A stretch of 63,187 nucleotides of DNA, filler included, from Nitrospinota bacterium (GCA_030620925.1; 9 parts of 9 records of this genome joined end to end with filler, not necessarily neighbours in it), one strand, 5' to 3'. Counted from the first letter of the whole stretch, positions 28,122 through 39,413 are shown. Notes: generated from the sequence alone by a model not told the origin. Numbers and translations: made by a program.

Positions 28122-29115
28122 GCACACTTACCTTGCCCCATATACTCCTGATATCCTTCAGTCCGCGCCCATCGGGGCGCACACCTTTTTCCGTGATAAG
28201 ACGGCGGGCCTCCTCTTTTTCCACGCTGTCCAATATGTTGTTAACGGTGTTTGCGTTACCGTTATCCTCTGCTTCCAGTGCGTCAAGCACCTTGTCCCTC
28301 ACAGTGTCTATCTGTTTCTGACGCTCCATTTTACCGGTGAGGGTTACCGCCTGTCGTATCTCCTCCTGGGCCATTCCCTTGACTTGCGCCTCCAGCCCGG
28401 GGTCTGATAGTATTTCCGGCGCACTTTCTTTTTCCACGTCCAATTGGCTTCTCAGGTCTTCCTGCATCTCGATGATGGGCCTGAGAGTGTCCTGAGCTAA
28501 GGCCAGGGCCTCCAGTATGACCTCTTCGGGCACCTCCCTGGCCCCGCCCTCAACCATGACGATGTGGTCCTTCGTCCCGGCGACAACCAGATTCAAGGTG
28601 CTCTCATCTAATTGTTCATAGGTGGGATTTACGATGAATTGGCCGTCGAGCCGGCCCACCCTAACCGCACCTACGGCCTCATTGTAAGGTATAGGTGAGA
28701 TGTATAACGACGCCGAGGCTCCGATGATGGAGAGTATATCAGGGTCGTTGGTCTGGTCTGCGGAAAGAACGGTTAAGAGAACCTGGGTCTCTTTGAAGTA
28801 ACCGTCGGGGAAAAGCGGCCTCAGGGGGCGATCCACCAAACGGCTGGTCAGCACCTCTTTTTCGCCGGGACGCCCTTCTCGCTTGAAAAAACCGCCGGGT
28901 ATCTTCCCGGCGGCGTAAGCCCTCTCCCGGTAATCCACGGTCAGCGGAAGAAAGTCGATCGGTTCTTTCCACTCTCCCTCCGCCACGGCGGTGGCCAGCA
29001 CCACCGTATCCCCATAGGTGACCAAAACTGAACCCTGCGCCTGCTTGGCTATCAGACCCGTTTCCAATATCAGGGTTCTGCCACCTACTTCACTCTCTAC
29101 CTTCCGCTCTGTCAA
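28122..29115 (-). CDS. pnp: Polyribonucleotide nucleotidyltransferase, 5' part (truncated at linker)
   Basis: ETGLIAKQAQG, DFLPLTVDYRE, GKIPGGFFKREGRP, RPDGR. TTG start at 29115 follows GGAGG. Confidence 0.97.
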
Positions 29116-29178
29116 AATTGTTCCTCCATATGCAGAGGGATTTCCAACTCCCCCGGCGACGTTTTGGCTCAAGGGCCA

Positions 29179-29448
29179 TTACTTCCTGATGCCTAACCGC
29201 TGGATCACTTCACTGTAGCGGTTAATGTCCTTCGATTTCAGATAGTCGAGCAGTTTTCTCCTCTTGCTCACCATCTTCAACAGCCCCCTCCTGGAGTGGT
29301 GATCCTTGGCATGAACCTTAAAGTGCTCCGTGAGGTAGGCTATCTTTTCGCTCAAGATAGCTATCTGGACTTCAGGGGAGCCGGTATCTTTGTCGTGTAA
29401 TCTGAACTCATCTATCAATGACGATTTCCTCTCTTTGGTGAGCGTCAT
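29179..29448 (-). CDS. rpsO: 30S ribosomal protein S15
   Basis: [25 protein letters not shown]. Confidence 0.99.
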   Translation of the reverse strand: MTLTKERKSSLIDEFRLHDKDTGSPEVQIAILSEKIAYLTEHFKVHAKDHHSRRGLLKMVSKRRKLLDYLKSKDINRYSEVIQRLGIRK

Positions 29449-29550
29449 CTCTCAACTCTCCATCAATCTACGGTGGCGTTATATCAGAAGTAATAACAAA
29501 CATACAATTATTATTCTTTTATAATTTATTCGCCTCTTTGTAAAGCAACT

Positions 29551-30513
29551 TCAAAGGAGAGAGGCAGCCAGAACTCTCTTCATTTTGAGAGCCTGGCTGC
29601 CCTCTTCTTCCTCGACTATCTGTTTGCTGTCCACAACGGCCTCTCCCACGGCCAGCAGACGGCTGCCGGGCGATTTCACCCGCACAGAGTCCCCCCGGAC
29701 AAAAGCGCCGTTGGCCTCCGCCGCCCAGCCCACCTGAACCGCAGCACCGTGGAGCACGTGTTCCACGTACTCTTCTTTCACGGTGAACGCGGGCAGGAAG
29801 GAAAGGGCTTGATCCATGGAAACAATAGCTTCTTCCAGCCTGTCCCTTCGGGCTAAATCCTCAAGCGCTTCAATCGTAAAGGCTTCTCTTATGTTGAATC
29901 CGCCCACCGAAAACCTCTCCAGTGCCGTAAGATGCGCCCCGCAACTCAGGAGCCTGCCGGCATCGTGGCATAACGTTCGTACATAGGTGCCGCTGGAGCA
30001 GAAGACATTAAACCGCGCAAAGGGTGACGAGAACTCTTCTAGCGCCAGGGAGTAAACGTAGACTTTTCTGGGCTCTCTCACTATTTCCAGGCCCCTCCTC
30101 GCCAGCCGGTACAGACGTTCCCCCTTAACCTTGAGGGCGGAATACATGGGAGGCATCTGCGCCGACTCGCCCTCCAACTGTTTGAGGGCGGCTTCCACCT
30201 GACTCCGCTCCAGGGGAGGCACCTGATCGCTCTTAACCACTTTCCCCCAGGCATCCTGGGTATCCGTCTCCTCTCCCAGCTTCAATCGTGCCCTGTAACC
30301 CTTGGTGGTGTTCATTAGAAAAGGGGTTATCTTCGTCGCCCTTCCCACACAAACCACCAGCACTCCCGTGGCCTGGGGGTCCAGCGTGCCGGCGTGTCCG
30401 GCTCGTTTTGCCCCCAGAATCCCTTTGACTCTGCCTACCGCTTGCTGCGATGAGAGCCCGGCGGGCTTATTGAGATTTATAACTCCTTCCAACACCTTTT
30501 CTCTCTCACTCAC
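29551..30513 (-). CDS. truB: tRNA pseudouridine(55) synthase
   Basis: NKPAG, GHAGTLDP, PPMYSALK, CSSGTYVRTL, C-terminal PUA-like domain. Confidence 0.97.
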   Translation of the reverse strand: MSEREKVLEGVINLNKPAGLSSQQAVGRVKGILGAKRAGHAGTLDPQATGVLVVCVGRATKITPFLMNTTKGYRARLKLGEETDTQDAWGKVVKSDQVPPLERSQVEAALKQLEGESAQMPPMYSALKVKGERLYRLARRGLEIVREPRKVYVYSLALEEFSSPFARFNVFCSSGTYVRTLCHDAGRLLSCGAHLTALERFSVGGFNIREAFTIEALEDLARRDRLEEAIVSMDQALSFLPAFTVKEEYVEHVLHGAAVQVGWAAEANGAFVRGDSVRVKSPGSRLLAVGEAVVDSKQIVEEEEGSQALKMKRVLAASLL

Positions 30514-30566
30514 CAGGGAATAATAAGCTCAACCGTAAACTCTATGAGGTAAAGGCCCACAGCTCG

Positions 30567-30932
30567 TTATGGGGCTGCATCCTCACTATCGCTCACCCCC
30601 AGATCCCTCAACATCTTGCTTATTTTTACGCTATACTCCGCCGAATCATCAAGCCTGAAAGCCAGCTCGGGGACCTGCTTAATCCTGAGCTTTCTCCCCA
30701 ACTGGCCTCTGATAAAACCGGTGGCTCCTTCCAGGGCCTTCATGACCTCATCCCTTTCTTCTTCCCTTCCGTAAACACTGACGTAGACCCTGGCGTATTT
30801 TATGTCATCGGTCATTTCCACCCTGGTTACCGTCACAGACTCCAATCTGGGGTCTTTCATTTTCCTGGTAAACAGGTATGATAATTCCTGTTGCAGGAGC
30901 TCTCTGACCCGCAAAGACCTTTTACCCTGCAT
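30567..30932 (-). CDS. rbfA: Ribosome-binding factor A
   Basis: KDPRL, VTVTRV, GFIR, VPELAFRLD; position after infB. Confidence 0.96.
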   Translation of the reverse strand: MQGKRSLRVRELLQQELSYLFTRKMKDPRLESVTVTRVEMTDDIKYARVYVSVYGREEERDEVMKALEGATGFIRGQLGRKLRIKQVPELAFRLDDSAEYSVKISKMLRDLGVSDSEDAAP

Positions 30933-30944
30933 CTATATAGACCC

Positions 30945-31226
30945 TTAAAGCAGCTCTGTTTCCAGATGGGTTATCTCCATGTGGCCGTTGCTCTCCATGA
31001 AATCGGCCACATGGTTCAGGACGGCATCGGCGTGCGATCTCTGGTTGCTCACTACCGCAACCCCTAACACCGCTTTCCTGTATTTATCGTTCTCTCCAAC
31101 CTCGGCCACGGAAACGTTAAACTTGTTCTTCACCCTCTGGATAAGGCTCTTCAGCAATCGCCTCTTTTCCTTGAGGGAGTTGTTCCCGGGTATATAGAAC
31201 TCAACTGTCAGTATACCGACCACCAT
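30945..31226 (-). CDS. DUF503 (YlxP) family protein
   Basis: MVVG...SLKEKRRLLKSLIQRVKNKFNVSVAEV; alternative start at 31241. Confidence 0.92.
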   Translation of the reverse strand: MVVGILTVEFYIPGNNSLKEKRRLLKSLIQRVKNKFNVSVAEVGENDKYRKAVLGVAVVSNQRSHADAVLNHVADFMESNGHMEITHLETELL

Positions 31227-31275
31227 GGCCGTAATAACCATCAGGATGAATTTGGTTTGAGGGGCGCGCTCAGAG

Positions 31276-33618
31276 TTACAATTTCTTACTCACTTCTTGA
31301 AGCTCGAAAGCTTCCAGGACGTCTCCCATCTTTATATCGTTATAGCCTTCCACGTTCACTCCGCATTCGTAGCCGGATGATACTTCTTGAACGTCTTCTT
31401 TGAACCGCCTCAAGGAACCCATCTTGCCTTCATAAACCACTATGTCGTCCCTGATAATCCTCATGTTAGTGCCGCGTCGCATTATGCCGTCAGTGATGTA
31501 GCAACCGGCTATCGTGCCCACATGGGAGATGTTAAAAGTTTCCCTGACGTCCGCCCGTCCCAACATCACTTCCTTGATTACAGGGTCCAGGAGGCCTTCC
31601 ATGGCCGCCTTGACCTCTGATATGAGGTCGTAGATCACGGAGTAAAGCCTCACGTCCACAGCTTCACGTTCGATCATTTCAAGAGCCTGGGGGGTCGGCC
31701 TGATGTTGAAACCGATGACCACCGCTTCCGAAGCGGAGGCCAGCCCGATGTCCGTCTCCCTTATCCCCCCCACCGAGCCGTGAATTATGTTTACTTTAAC
31801 CTCTTCGGTGCTCAACTTCTCCAGGGCCTCGGAGATGGCCTGCAGGGAACCGTGGACGTCTGCCTTGAGTACCACGTTGAGTTCTTTGATTTCCCCTTCT
31901 ATGATTCGCTCATAAAGGTCGTCCAGCGTAATACGATTGCTTGCCGACAGCGCCTCTTCGCGATACTTCTGTTGCCTGAGGGCGCCTATCTGCCGGGCCT
32001 TTCTCTCCTCTTCCACTACCTGGAAGATATCTCCGGCCTTGGGCACATCGGATAACCCCAACACTTCCACCGGTATTGAAGGGGGGGCTTCGTGAAGGCG
32101 CGTGCCGTGATCTGAAAACATGGCCCGTACCTTGCCGTATTCAAGGCCGCACACAAAGGAATCCCCCACTTTCAGGGTGCCTTCCTGAACCAGCACGGTG
32201 CACACCGGGCCCCGCCCTTTGTCCAGCTTGGCCTCAATTATCGTGCCGCGGGCCGGTCGGATCGGGTTCGCCTGAAGCTCCATGATCTCAGCCTGGAGCA
32301 GAATCATTTCCAGCAGCTCATCTATGCCTATCTTTTCCTTGGCGGAAATCTCGCAGAAGATGGTTTCCCCTCCCCATTCTTCGGGAACAAGTTTCAGCTC
32401 GGTCAGTTGCTGCTTCACCCTTTCCGGCTGGGCATCCGGTTTGTCTATCTTATTTACGGCCACCAAAATGGGCACGTCTCCTGCCTGGGCGTGCGCTATG
32501 GCCTCCCTGGTCTGAGGCATCACACCGTCATCGGCGGCCACCACCAGGACCACCATATCAGTAACCTGGGCGCCGCGGGCCCTCATGGCGGTGAAAGCTT
32601 CGTGGCCGGGGGTATCCAGAAAAACTACCTGCCCCTTGTCCATTTCCACCACCGATGCGCCTATGTGCTGGGTGATGCCGCCCATCTCTTTTTCCGCCAC
32701 GTTGGTCTCGCGTATGGAATCCAGCAAGCGGGTCTTGCCGTGATCTACGTGCCCCATAACGGTAACCACCGGCGGCCTGGGCTCTAATGCTTCATCAACT
32801 TCCTCTTCAACTTCTTCTTCTACTTCCACAACCGTCATCTCGGCCTGGAAACCGTAATTCTCGGCTACCCCTCTGGCAGTATCGAAATCGAGGACCTGAT
32901 TTATATTGGCCATCTGCCCCATCTGCATCAAAGTCTTGATTACATCGTTGGCCTTGGCCTCCAGTTTTTCCGCCAGTTCTTTGACGGTAATGGCCTCTGC
33001 CAGAGTAACCGTTTGAAGGGGAACCTCCTCTACCGGAGGCTCTACTGCCCGAACGGGAACTTCCTCCACAAGAAGCTCTTCCACCTCTTCTGGAACCTCC
33101 TCTACCGGAGGCTCTTCAACAGCCGTGGCAACGGGTGCGGCCTCAGGCTGTGGCGCCTCCCGCCGCTTGCTCGCTTTGCGGGGGCGTGCTGCCTTTTCTT
33201 CTTTGGCCTCTTCCTTAACCTTCACTTTTCTCTCAGGCTTTGCCTTCACCTCTGCAACAGACTTTTCCGCCGCGGGTTCGGCCTTCGCTTTCCCCCCGGT
33301 TCTGCTTTTAACCGGTTTCGCAGGTTTCTCTTTTTCTTTAACCGCCTTTTCGGGGGCTTTCTTTTTGGCCTTGGCCGGGGGTTTTTTCTCTGCTTTAGCT
33401 GGCGTCTTTTTCGCAGGGGCCTTGGCTTCTTTCTCCTTAGCCGTCGGTCTGGCTTTCTTTTTGGGCGCAAAAGCTTCCGTCATGAGCTTGGCGGTCTCCT
33501 CATCCACGGTGCTCATGTAGCTCTTGACTTCAAAGCCCCGCTTTTTGAGCTCCTCCACAAACTCTTTGCTCGGTCGGCCCAACTGCTTGGCCAGTTCGTG
33601 TATCCTTACGTTAGCCAC
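31276..33618 (-). CDS. infB: Translation initiation factor IF-2
   Basis: RIHELAK N-terminus, [37 protein letters not shown]. Confidence 0.99.
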   Translation of the reverse strand: MANVRIHELAKQLGRPSKEFVEELKKRGFEVKSYMSTVDEETAKLMTEAFAPKKKARPTAKEKEAKAPAKKTPAKAEKKPPAKAKKKAPEKAVKEKEKPAKPVKSRTGGKAKAEPAAEKSVAEVKAKPERKVKVKEEAKEEKAARPRKASKRREAPQPEAAPVATAVEEPPVEEVPEEVEELLVEEVPVRAVEPPVEEVPLQTVTLAEAITVKELAEKLEAKANDVIKTLMQMGQMANINQVLDFDTARGVAENYGFQAEMTVVEVEEEVEEEVDEALEPRPPVVTVMGHVDHGKTRLLDSIRETNVAEKEMGGITQHIGASVVEMDKGQVVFLDTPGHEAFTAMRARGAQVTDMVVLVVAADDGVMPQTREAIAHAQAGDVPILVAVNKIDKPDAQPERVKQQLTELKLVPEEWGGETIFCEISAKEKIGIDELLEMILLQAEIMELQANPIRPARGTIIEAKLDKGRGPVCTVLVQEGTLKVGDSFVCGLEYGKVRAMFSDHGTRLHEAPPSIPVEVLGLSDVPKAGDIFQVVEEERKARQIGALRQQKYREEALSASNRITLDDLYERIIEGEIKELNVVLKADVHGSLQAISEALEKLSTEEVKVNIIHGSVGGIRETDIGLASASEAVVIGFNIRPTPQALEMIEREAVDVRLYSVIYDLISEVKAAMEGLLDPVIKEVMLGRADVRETFNISHVGTIAGCYITDGIMRRGTNMRIIRDDIVVYEGKMGSLRRFKEDVQEVSSGYECGVNVEGYNDIKMGDVLEAFELQEVSKKL

Positions 33619-33692
33619 CCGGCTACCTCCAAATCTCTCTGCATATATCGCCCGCGGTGATTCTCCTTAAGCTAAATCCCCGCCGAAACGCC

Positions 33693-34124
33693 TCACACAT
33701 TATCTTTATCTTTTAAGCTTCGATATATATACCATAACTTTCTAGTCCTTTCCGCTTTTTTATTCTGAGAAAGGGAAGCTGTCATATCCGTCGCATCCTT
33801 ATCACTATCCAAATCCACCACGCCTGGCAGAAGCTTCTGCAATTCCTCTTTCAAGGTGGTGAGAATCTTATCCGAAAGCTCTTCGGTTTCCTCATCGTTG
33901 ATCTTGCCCTTGAGTCCCCGCAGGAGATCGCCGTTTTTCACGGCACCGTCTATACACACAGCATCAGGGCAAAGGTAAATGCCTCGCCCGGGTTTTATCT
34001 CCATCAGGTCTATTTCCAGCCTCCCCTCCTGCCCCGGGCAAAACCTGATGAGACCCGCCTTCTCCCTCTTCTCGCGGCATGCCGCACAGGTCCTCAGCGG
34101 TGTGGAGGAAGCTCTGTTCTTCAT
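33693..34124 (-). CDS. YlxR/DUF448 family protein with C-terminal extension
   Basis: PLRTCAACR, LIRF, GRGIYLC...C; located between nusA and infB. Confidence 0.88.
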   Translation of the reverse strand: MKNRASSTPLRTCAACREKREKAGLIRFCPGQEGRLEIDLMEIKPGRGIYLCPDAVCIDGAVKNGDLLRGLKGKINDEETEELSDKILTTLKEELQKLLPGVVDLDSDKDATDMTASLSQNKKAERTRKLWYIYRSLKDKDNV

Positions 34125-34137
34125 AACTGTTCAGCGT

Positions 34138-35487
34138 TCACTCCTTGTCTTCTTCTTCAGGCTGCGAAGGTTCTTCAGATTCCTCCGGTTGATCTTCATC
34201 ACCCTCCTCTTCAGGAGTTTCTTCCTCTACCTCCTCCGCGGGGGTCTCTTCCTCAGCTTCCTCCGCGGGGGCCTCTTCCTCTATCTCCTCCGCGGAGGTC
34301 TCTTTTTCCGCTTCCTCCGCTGGAGCTTCTTCCTCTACCTCCTCCGTGGGGGTCTCTTCTTCCGCTTGCTCCGCTGTGGCCACTTCCTCTGCTTCACCTC
34401 CCACTCCTTCTGCTTCATCTTCTGCATCCTGCTCTGAGGGAGAGCCGGCTTGTTCAATATCGGTGAAGCTTCTTATGTCTATCCTCCACTCGGTCAGCTT
34501 GGTGGCCAGCCGTACGTTCTGCCCTTTTTTGCCTATGGCCAGTGATAGCTGATCGTCTTCTACGATGACCTCCATGGATTGATTTTCTTCGTCAACGTTT
34601 ACCTTTTTAACTTCGGCAGGGCTCAGGGCGTTCTTCACGAAAACCATCGGATTCTCGTTCCACTCTATGATATCTATCTTCTCCCCTCTCAGCTCCTGCA
34701 CGACCGCCTGCACCCGCGAACCTCGCATACCCACACAAGCCCCCACGGGGTCCACCTCTTCATCGTGGGAGATAACGGCGATCTTCGACCGTCCGCTGGG
34801 CTCCCGGGCTGCGCTCTTGATTTCCACTATCTTCTCGCCTATCTCCGGGACCTCCAGCTCGAACAGCTTGATCAGGAATTCAGGGTGCGTGCGGGAGAGT
34901 ATGATCAGAGGGCCCTTACCGGGATCCCTGACTTCCAGCAAATATGCCCGGACGTGTTCTCCTTTCCTGAAATTCTCCCTGAAACCCTGTTCCCGCTTGG
35001 GCAATAGGGCTTCCGTCCTCCCCAGGTCGATTATGGCATTACCTTTCTCCTGACGCAGGACCACCCCGCCGACCAGCTCACCTTCTCTGTTCTGATATTC
35101 GTCAAAAATCCGCTTTCGTTCCGCCTCGCGGACCCTCTGCAGGATGACTTGCTTTGCAGTCTGCGCGGCGATACGGCCGAATTCCTCCGTCTCCAGAGGG
35201 ATTTTTATCTCATCGCCTATCTGGGCATCAGCTTCCAACTCTTTAGCATCTTTCAGAGCGATTTCCTTACCGGGATCGGCGACTTTTTTTACGGTTTCTT
35301 TAATGGCGTACAGGTAGATTTTACCCGTCTCGGAGTCCATGTCCACTTCCAGGGAATCCTGAGCGCCGTACCGCCTCCTGGCCGCCGATAATATGGCTGC
35401 CTTTATGGCATCGATAATTACTTCTTTATCCAGGCCCTTATCCCTGCCTATCTGCTCTATAAAGTGAATTATTTCCTGGCTGACCAT
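34138..35487 (-). CDS. nusA: Transcription termination/antitermination factor NusA with acidic repeat tail
   Basis: FGRIAAQTAKQVI, LSRTHP, AREPSGRSKIAV, DPVGACVGMRGSRV, LSLAIGKKGQNVRLA. Confidence 0.98.
   Translation of the reverse strand: MVSQEIIHFIEQIGRDKGLDKEVIIDAIKAAILSAARRRYGAQDSLEVDMDSETGKIYLYAIKETVKKVADPGKEIALKDAKELEADAQIGDEIKIPLETEEFGRIAAQTAKQVILQRVREAERKRIFDEYQNREGELVGGVVLRQEKGNAIIDLGRTEALLPKREQGFRENFRKGEHVRAYLLEVRDPGKGPLIILSRTHPEFLIKLFELEVPEIGEKIVEIKSAAREPSGRSKIAVISHDEEVDPVGACVGMRGSRVQAVVQELRGEKIDIIEWNENPMVFVKNALSPAEVKKVNVDEENQSMEVIVEDDQLSLAIGKKGQNVRLATKLTEWRIDIRSFTDIEQAGSPSEQDAEDEAEGVGGEAEEVATAEQAEEETPTEEVEEEAPAEEAEKETSAEEIEEEAPAEEAEEETPAEEVEEETPEEEGDEDQPEESEEPSQPEEEDKE
34216..34377 (-). 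repeat. Six imperfect 27-bp (9-aa) tandem repeats in the nusA 3' end
   Basis: TAEQAEEET/PTEEVEEEA/PAEEAEKET/SAEEIEEEA/PAEEAEEET/PAEEVEEET. Confidence 0.85.
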
Positions 35488-35587
35488 AACGCTTTCCCTC
35501 TGATGAGGAAATACCCAGAGTCATCTCATACATCTAATATGTTGTATGTTCACGCATCCGAAAAGGCCGATTCGCTTGCAGCGATTA

Positions 35588-36052
35588 CTAAAACTCGACC
35601 TCTAATTTCCCTTTCGATATCTGGGTGAAAGGAATTGAAACGACGTCGTCATCTACTACTACAACTACCCTCTCTTCTTCCAGCCCTTTCAGCCTGCCCA
35701 CGAAGACTTTCCTTCCCTCTATCGGCGCGTAAGTGTTTATCCTCACCATCCTGCCGTTGAACTTATTGTAATCCTCACGTCTCCATAACGGCCTGTCCAG
35801 GCCGGGCGATGAAACTTCCAGTGTATACGGACCGGTTATTACGTCCTCGACATCGAGAGTATGGCTCACCTGACTGCTTATACTCGCACAGTCGTCAACG
35901 GTTACCCCGTCCTCTTTGTCTATAAAAATGCGAAGATACCAGCGGCCACGACCCTTTTTAAATTCCAGATAGGCTAGTTCCAACCCTTCCGACTCCAGGA
36001 TGGGCTCCACCAGGTTCCGCACCTTCTCCTCTACGTCAAATAACGCGCTCAT
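35588..36052 (-). CDS. rimP: Ribosome maturation factor RimP
   Basis: LRIFID...VDDC, YTLEVSSPGLDRPL. Confidence 0.97.
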   Translation of the reverse strand: MSALFDVEEKVRNLVEPILESEGLELAYLEFKKGRGRWYLRIFIDKEDGVTVDDCASISSQVSHTLDVEDVITGPYTLEVSSPGLDRPLWRREDYNKFNGRMVRINTYAPIEGRKVFVGRLKGLEEERVVVVVDDDVVSIPFTQISKGKLEVEF

Positions 36053-36141
36053 CTGTAAATAACCTGAGTCTTTTTTGAACCAAACCTACGGCTCAGACCC
36101 CAATTTCCCCTCCGAAGTATAAAGACAAAAAAGCTCCAGAT

Positions 36142-36170
36142 AAAACAAAAAGTGGGCACCAGCCCACCTT
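36142..36170 (-). promoter_or_regulatory. rimP leader attenuator hairpin
   Basis: Minus strand GGTGGGC-TGGT-GCCCACT-TTTTGTTTT upstream of rimP, like the GGGC/GCCC leader terminators of rimP-nusA operons. Confidence 0.7.
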
Positions 36171-36279
36171 ATTTTCTAAGTAGACCCCTTTACGCATCAA
36201 TTTATACCAGTAGAAATAATATTGCAACAAGAATTTCTCTTAACACTTTCAGTCCATTACCCTGTCTGAACCACTTTCC

Positions 36280-36611
36280 TCAGACTACGTTTATCTCAAA
36301 ACCGAGCATCACAGGGCCGCCGAAAAAGGGAGTATCCATTATCAACCTGTGGGAACCGTCGGAGTCCACGGTGTCCTCGGTCACGGCCTGGCCTTGTGGT
36401 GAGGCGAACGCCGAGAGGAGGGCTTCCTGGTCATGCCACCATAGTTCCGTGTATCTGTAAAACGAAGGCTCCTTATCTCCCGGCGCTTTGGTGCTGGTAT
36501 AGGTAACGTAGCGGAGCAAGTCGGGCATTTTGGCCGCCAGCGGCACATGGTGCCCGAAGTACCACTCGTCCACCTCTTCTTTTGAAACGCCCTCAGGGTA
36601 GTTCATGGCCA
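36280..36611 (-). CDS. EthD-family protein, probably 5' truncated at linker
   Basis: WYFGHHVPLAAKMPDL, YRYTELWW, AFASPQGQAV. Confidence 0.8.
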
Positions 36612-36712
36612 NNNNNNNNNNNNNNNNNNNNNNNNNNNNNNNNNNNNNNNNNNNNTTAATTAATTAANNNNNNNNNNNNNNNNNNNNNNNNNNNNNNNNN
36701 NNNNNNNNNNNA

Positions 36713-36973
36713 CCGGCGGGGGACAGGGAAGCCTACGTAAAGGCCATGATGGAGATTCTGCGGGAGCTGAAGAAGGGCTGTGAGAAGCCTGTGATTTGCG
36801 TTCTTCCCAGGGTGGTGGAGAACAGGGCCGAACTTGAGGCGGAGCGCATAGATTTCGTCAAGCGGGTGCACGAAATACAAATACCCGCCTACGCCACGGT
36901 AGAGAAGGCTTCCATGGCGGTCTGCAGGATGTGGCGCTACAAGGAATTCCTCAAATCGGCCAGGGCTAAGTGA
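36713..36973 (+). CDS. C-terminal fragment of an ADP-forming acyl-CoA synthetase alpha/CoA-binding protein
   Basis: KPVICVL...IPAYATVEKASMAVCRMWRY, typical of the C-terminus of this family; frame open from the linker. Confidence 0.6.
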   Translation, partial: PAGDREAYVKAMMEILRELKKGCEKPVICVLPRVVENRAELEAERIDFVKRVHEIQIPAYATVEKASMAVCRMWRYKEFLKSARAK

Positions 36974-37010
36974 GGGTGGCGGCTGTGTGAGCCTGATGGG
37001 GGATTGCCGG

Positions 37011-37220
37011 TTATGGTTTGACGTCTTTCCAGTCTACGGTGAAGTTGGAAATGGAGCGGTCATCCTCCAGGCTCTGTATGCACTTCAGGCACACATAGCC
37101 TCCGATTATTCCTTCCCCGTACCTGGCGTCTATCCAGACCAGCTTGTCCTTGCTTCTGCTGCAACTCTGGCAACGATGGACTGTTTTATTTTGAGTCTGA
37201 GGTGCAAGAAGTTCAGCCAT
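37011..37220 (-). CDS. Small hypothetical protein with two CxxC motifs
   Basis: 69 aa from ATG 37220: ...CQSC-x23-CLKC... Confidence 0.55.
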   Translation of the reverse strand: MAELLAPQTQNKTVHRCQSCSRSKDKLVWIDARYGEGIIGGYVCLKCIQSLEDDRSISNFTVDWKDVKP

Positions 37221-37340
37221 GTCCCAATTATACTGGGAATATCGGTGAAGGGTCAAGCAAAATTTAAGTATATTTAAATTTTGCCGTCGTTTCTGTTCAC
37301 AGTCGCCGATGCTATGCGCAGTGCCTTTACCGTTTGCGAT

Positions 37341-38549
37341 CTAACTGAAGGCCGAGTATTCCTTCCCCAGTACAGAGGTGGCTATCTTCAGTTCCAGTAT
37401 CTCGTTGGCCCCTTCTAATATCATGGTGACCCTGGAGTCGCATAGGTGCCGGGCCACGCGGTTTTCGAAGGAGTAGCCGTTGGCGCCGAAAATCTGTACC
37501 GCCCGGTTCGCCGCATCGAAGGAGGCGTTGGTGGCGAAATACTTGGCCTGGGAGATGAGCTTATCGGCTTCATCCCTGAGGGTTGTGCTCCCCTCCTCGT
37601 AGGCTAGCATTTTTAAGACCGCGGCCTCGTAGGTCATGAGCTTGGATGCCCTGAGGTGGGTGCTCATCTTGGCTATGTGGCGCTGGATGAGCTGCTGTTT
37701 GGCCAGCGGTTTCCCGAAGGTCACCCTCTGCTTCGAGTATTCAGCGCATTCATTGATGCAGTCTTCTATTACTCCCGCGCACCTGGCGGCCACGCTCAGC
37801 CTGCCGTTCATGAGCGTGGAGAGGGCCACGCTGAGCCCTTTCCCCCTGGGGCCCAGGAGGTTTCTTCTGGGCACGGCGCAGTTGTCGAAGAATATCTCGC
37901 CGGTATCTGATGTAACCAGGCCCATCTTGTGCTTCTGTTCCTGGGTGGTGAAGGGGGATTCCTCTTTGTCCACGATGAAAGCCGATATGCGCCCGTCATT
38001 CTTGTCTCTGGCGTAGGTGGTGATCACGCCGGCTATGTCGGCGTTGGATACCCAGCATTTGCTCCCGTTGAGGATGAAGTTGTCGCCGTCCTCGTGGAAG
38101 CTGGTCTTCATTGAGGCGGGGTCGCTCCCCGCGTCGGGCTCGGTGAGGCCGAAAGCCATGATCTTTTCGCCGGTGGTGGTCAGGGGGAGGTATCTTTCCC
38201 TCTGCTCCTCGGTGCCCCACTCCTGGATTATCTTCTGGCCGATGGAGGTATGCGCGGAGAGGAAGGTGGCCAGTGAACAACCCTCCTTTCCTATGCGCTC
38301 CATGGCCAGGAGGTAGGTGAGCAGGTCGGCGCCCTGTCCAGCCCCGTATTTGACGGAAATTGGCAGGCCCAGCAGGTTGGCCTCCTTTAAGATGGATATG
38401 GCCTCTTCGTTGTGGCGGCCTTCCAGGTAGCACCTGTCCTCTATGGGGCGGATCTTCTGGCAGGCCCTGTCCACGGTTTTTAGTAACTCGCCCTGTTCCG
38501 GGGATATTTCAAAACTCATAATAGAGAGGTTTTCGATCCCTTCCAGCAT
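37341..38549 (-). CDS. Acyl-CoA dehydrogenase
   Basis: FGLTEPDAGSD, LNGSKCWVSNA, KMGL, GRLSVAA, AVQIFGANGY, ILEGANEI. Confidence 0.95.
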   Translation of the reverse strand: MLEGIENLSIMSFEISPEQGELLKTVDRACQKIRPIEDRCYLEGRHNEEAISILKEANLLGLPISVKYGAGQGADLLTYLLAMERIGKEGCSLATFLSAHTSIGQKIIQEWGTEEQRERYLPLTTTGEKIMAFGLTEPDAGSDPASMKTSFHEDGDNFILNGSKCWVSNADIAGVITTYARDKNDGRISAFIVDKEESPFTTQEQKHKMGLVTSDTGEIFFDNCAVPRRNLLGPRGKGLSVALSTLMNGRLSVAARCAGVIEDCINECAEYSKQRVTFGKPLAKQQLIQRHIAKMSTHLRASKLMTYEAAVLKMLAYEEGSTTLRDEADKLISQAKYFATNASFDAANRAVQIFGANGYSFENRVARHLCDSRVTMILEGANEILELKIATSVLGKEYSAFS

Positions 38550-39351
38550 AGCTTAAACTCCTTTCTCATCTTCAATTCTATAATCAATGCGTCATTTTGA
38601 AAAAGCAATAGGGGGGTCTTATTTTCGGAACTATATCATAATGGATATTTTAGTTCCAGATGTTTGAACGATGAGGCCATATAGGGTGCCTATTCCAGCA
38701 ATGAAGATGCAGGATGCAGTTTATTACCATACCGACGTGAGGTTTTTAGTCATGTTAAAGAAGTAGCCGGATGAAGGGGTTTATTACTCCTCTAGCGCTG
38801 TGGTTTTCTGTGTTATACTGATGAAAAATTGAATAGAAATCGATAAGGCGTATATTGTTCAAGGGAACGTTTCATGAATATCCTATCGCTAACCAGAGTA
38901 GTTTACCGAGCGGCTCAAGTAATTCGTACGGATCGCTTCGATTCGCAGGCTGATGAAACTGTTCGAAAATTGTATAATTTTTTGTATAAGGGATGAACGG
39001 ACAGGTAATAAAATGAGTGCTGGACTTAAAAATAAACAAAATTGAAATATGGGCATGGGGAACATATTTTTTTAAATACATGTAAATATTTTTCCCCTTA
39101 AAGTTAAGTATGCAAGGGATAGAGAAAGAATTGGAATAGGATAATAAATGAATATGATGACATGGCGTTTGAGCGTTATGTTTACCTTCTTCTTGCGTAT
39201 TTTGATTTAATTGCAATGAATTTCTGAGCTTATCGGTTAAAGGCTTTGAAATATCAAGCCGGATGACTCTAACATATTAAAACCAACGTAATATATTTAT
39301 ACGGGGTCTTGTTATCGTCTTGAAAAAAATGTTTTACCGGCTAGTTTTTTC

Positions 39352-39380
39352 TTGACTTTCGGAAGCCGTTTTTCTATAAA
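39352..39380 (+). promoter_or_regulatory. Sigma70-type promoter
   Basis: TTGACT-17 nt-TATAAA, 33 nt upstream of the ATG at 39414 (RBS AAAGGAGG). Confidence 0.65.
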
Positions 39381-39413
39381 CAGAAAAAATAACTTCTTGA
39401 AAGGAGGGAGACA

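Noticed and set aside
33013-33660. Phe/Leu/Arg-rich ORFs antisense to infB (and similarly to the nusA tail)
   Set aside because: Mirror images of the Lys/Glu-rich low-complexity regions on the coding strand.
38550-39350. AT-rich spacer as replication origin, or ORF 38872-39216 as a gene
   Set aside because: No DnaA-box cluster was seen, and the ORF has atypical composition and no motifs.
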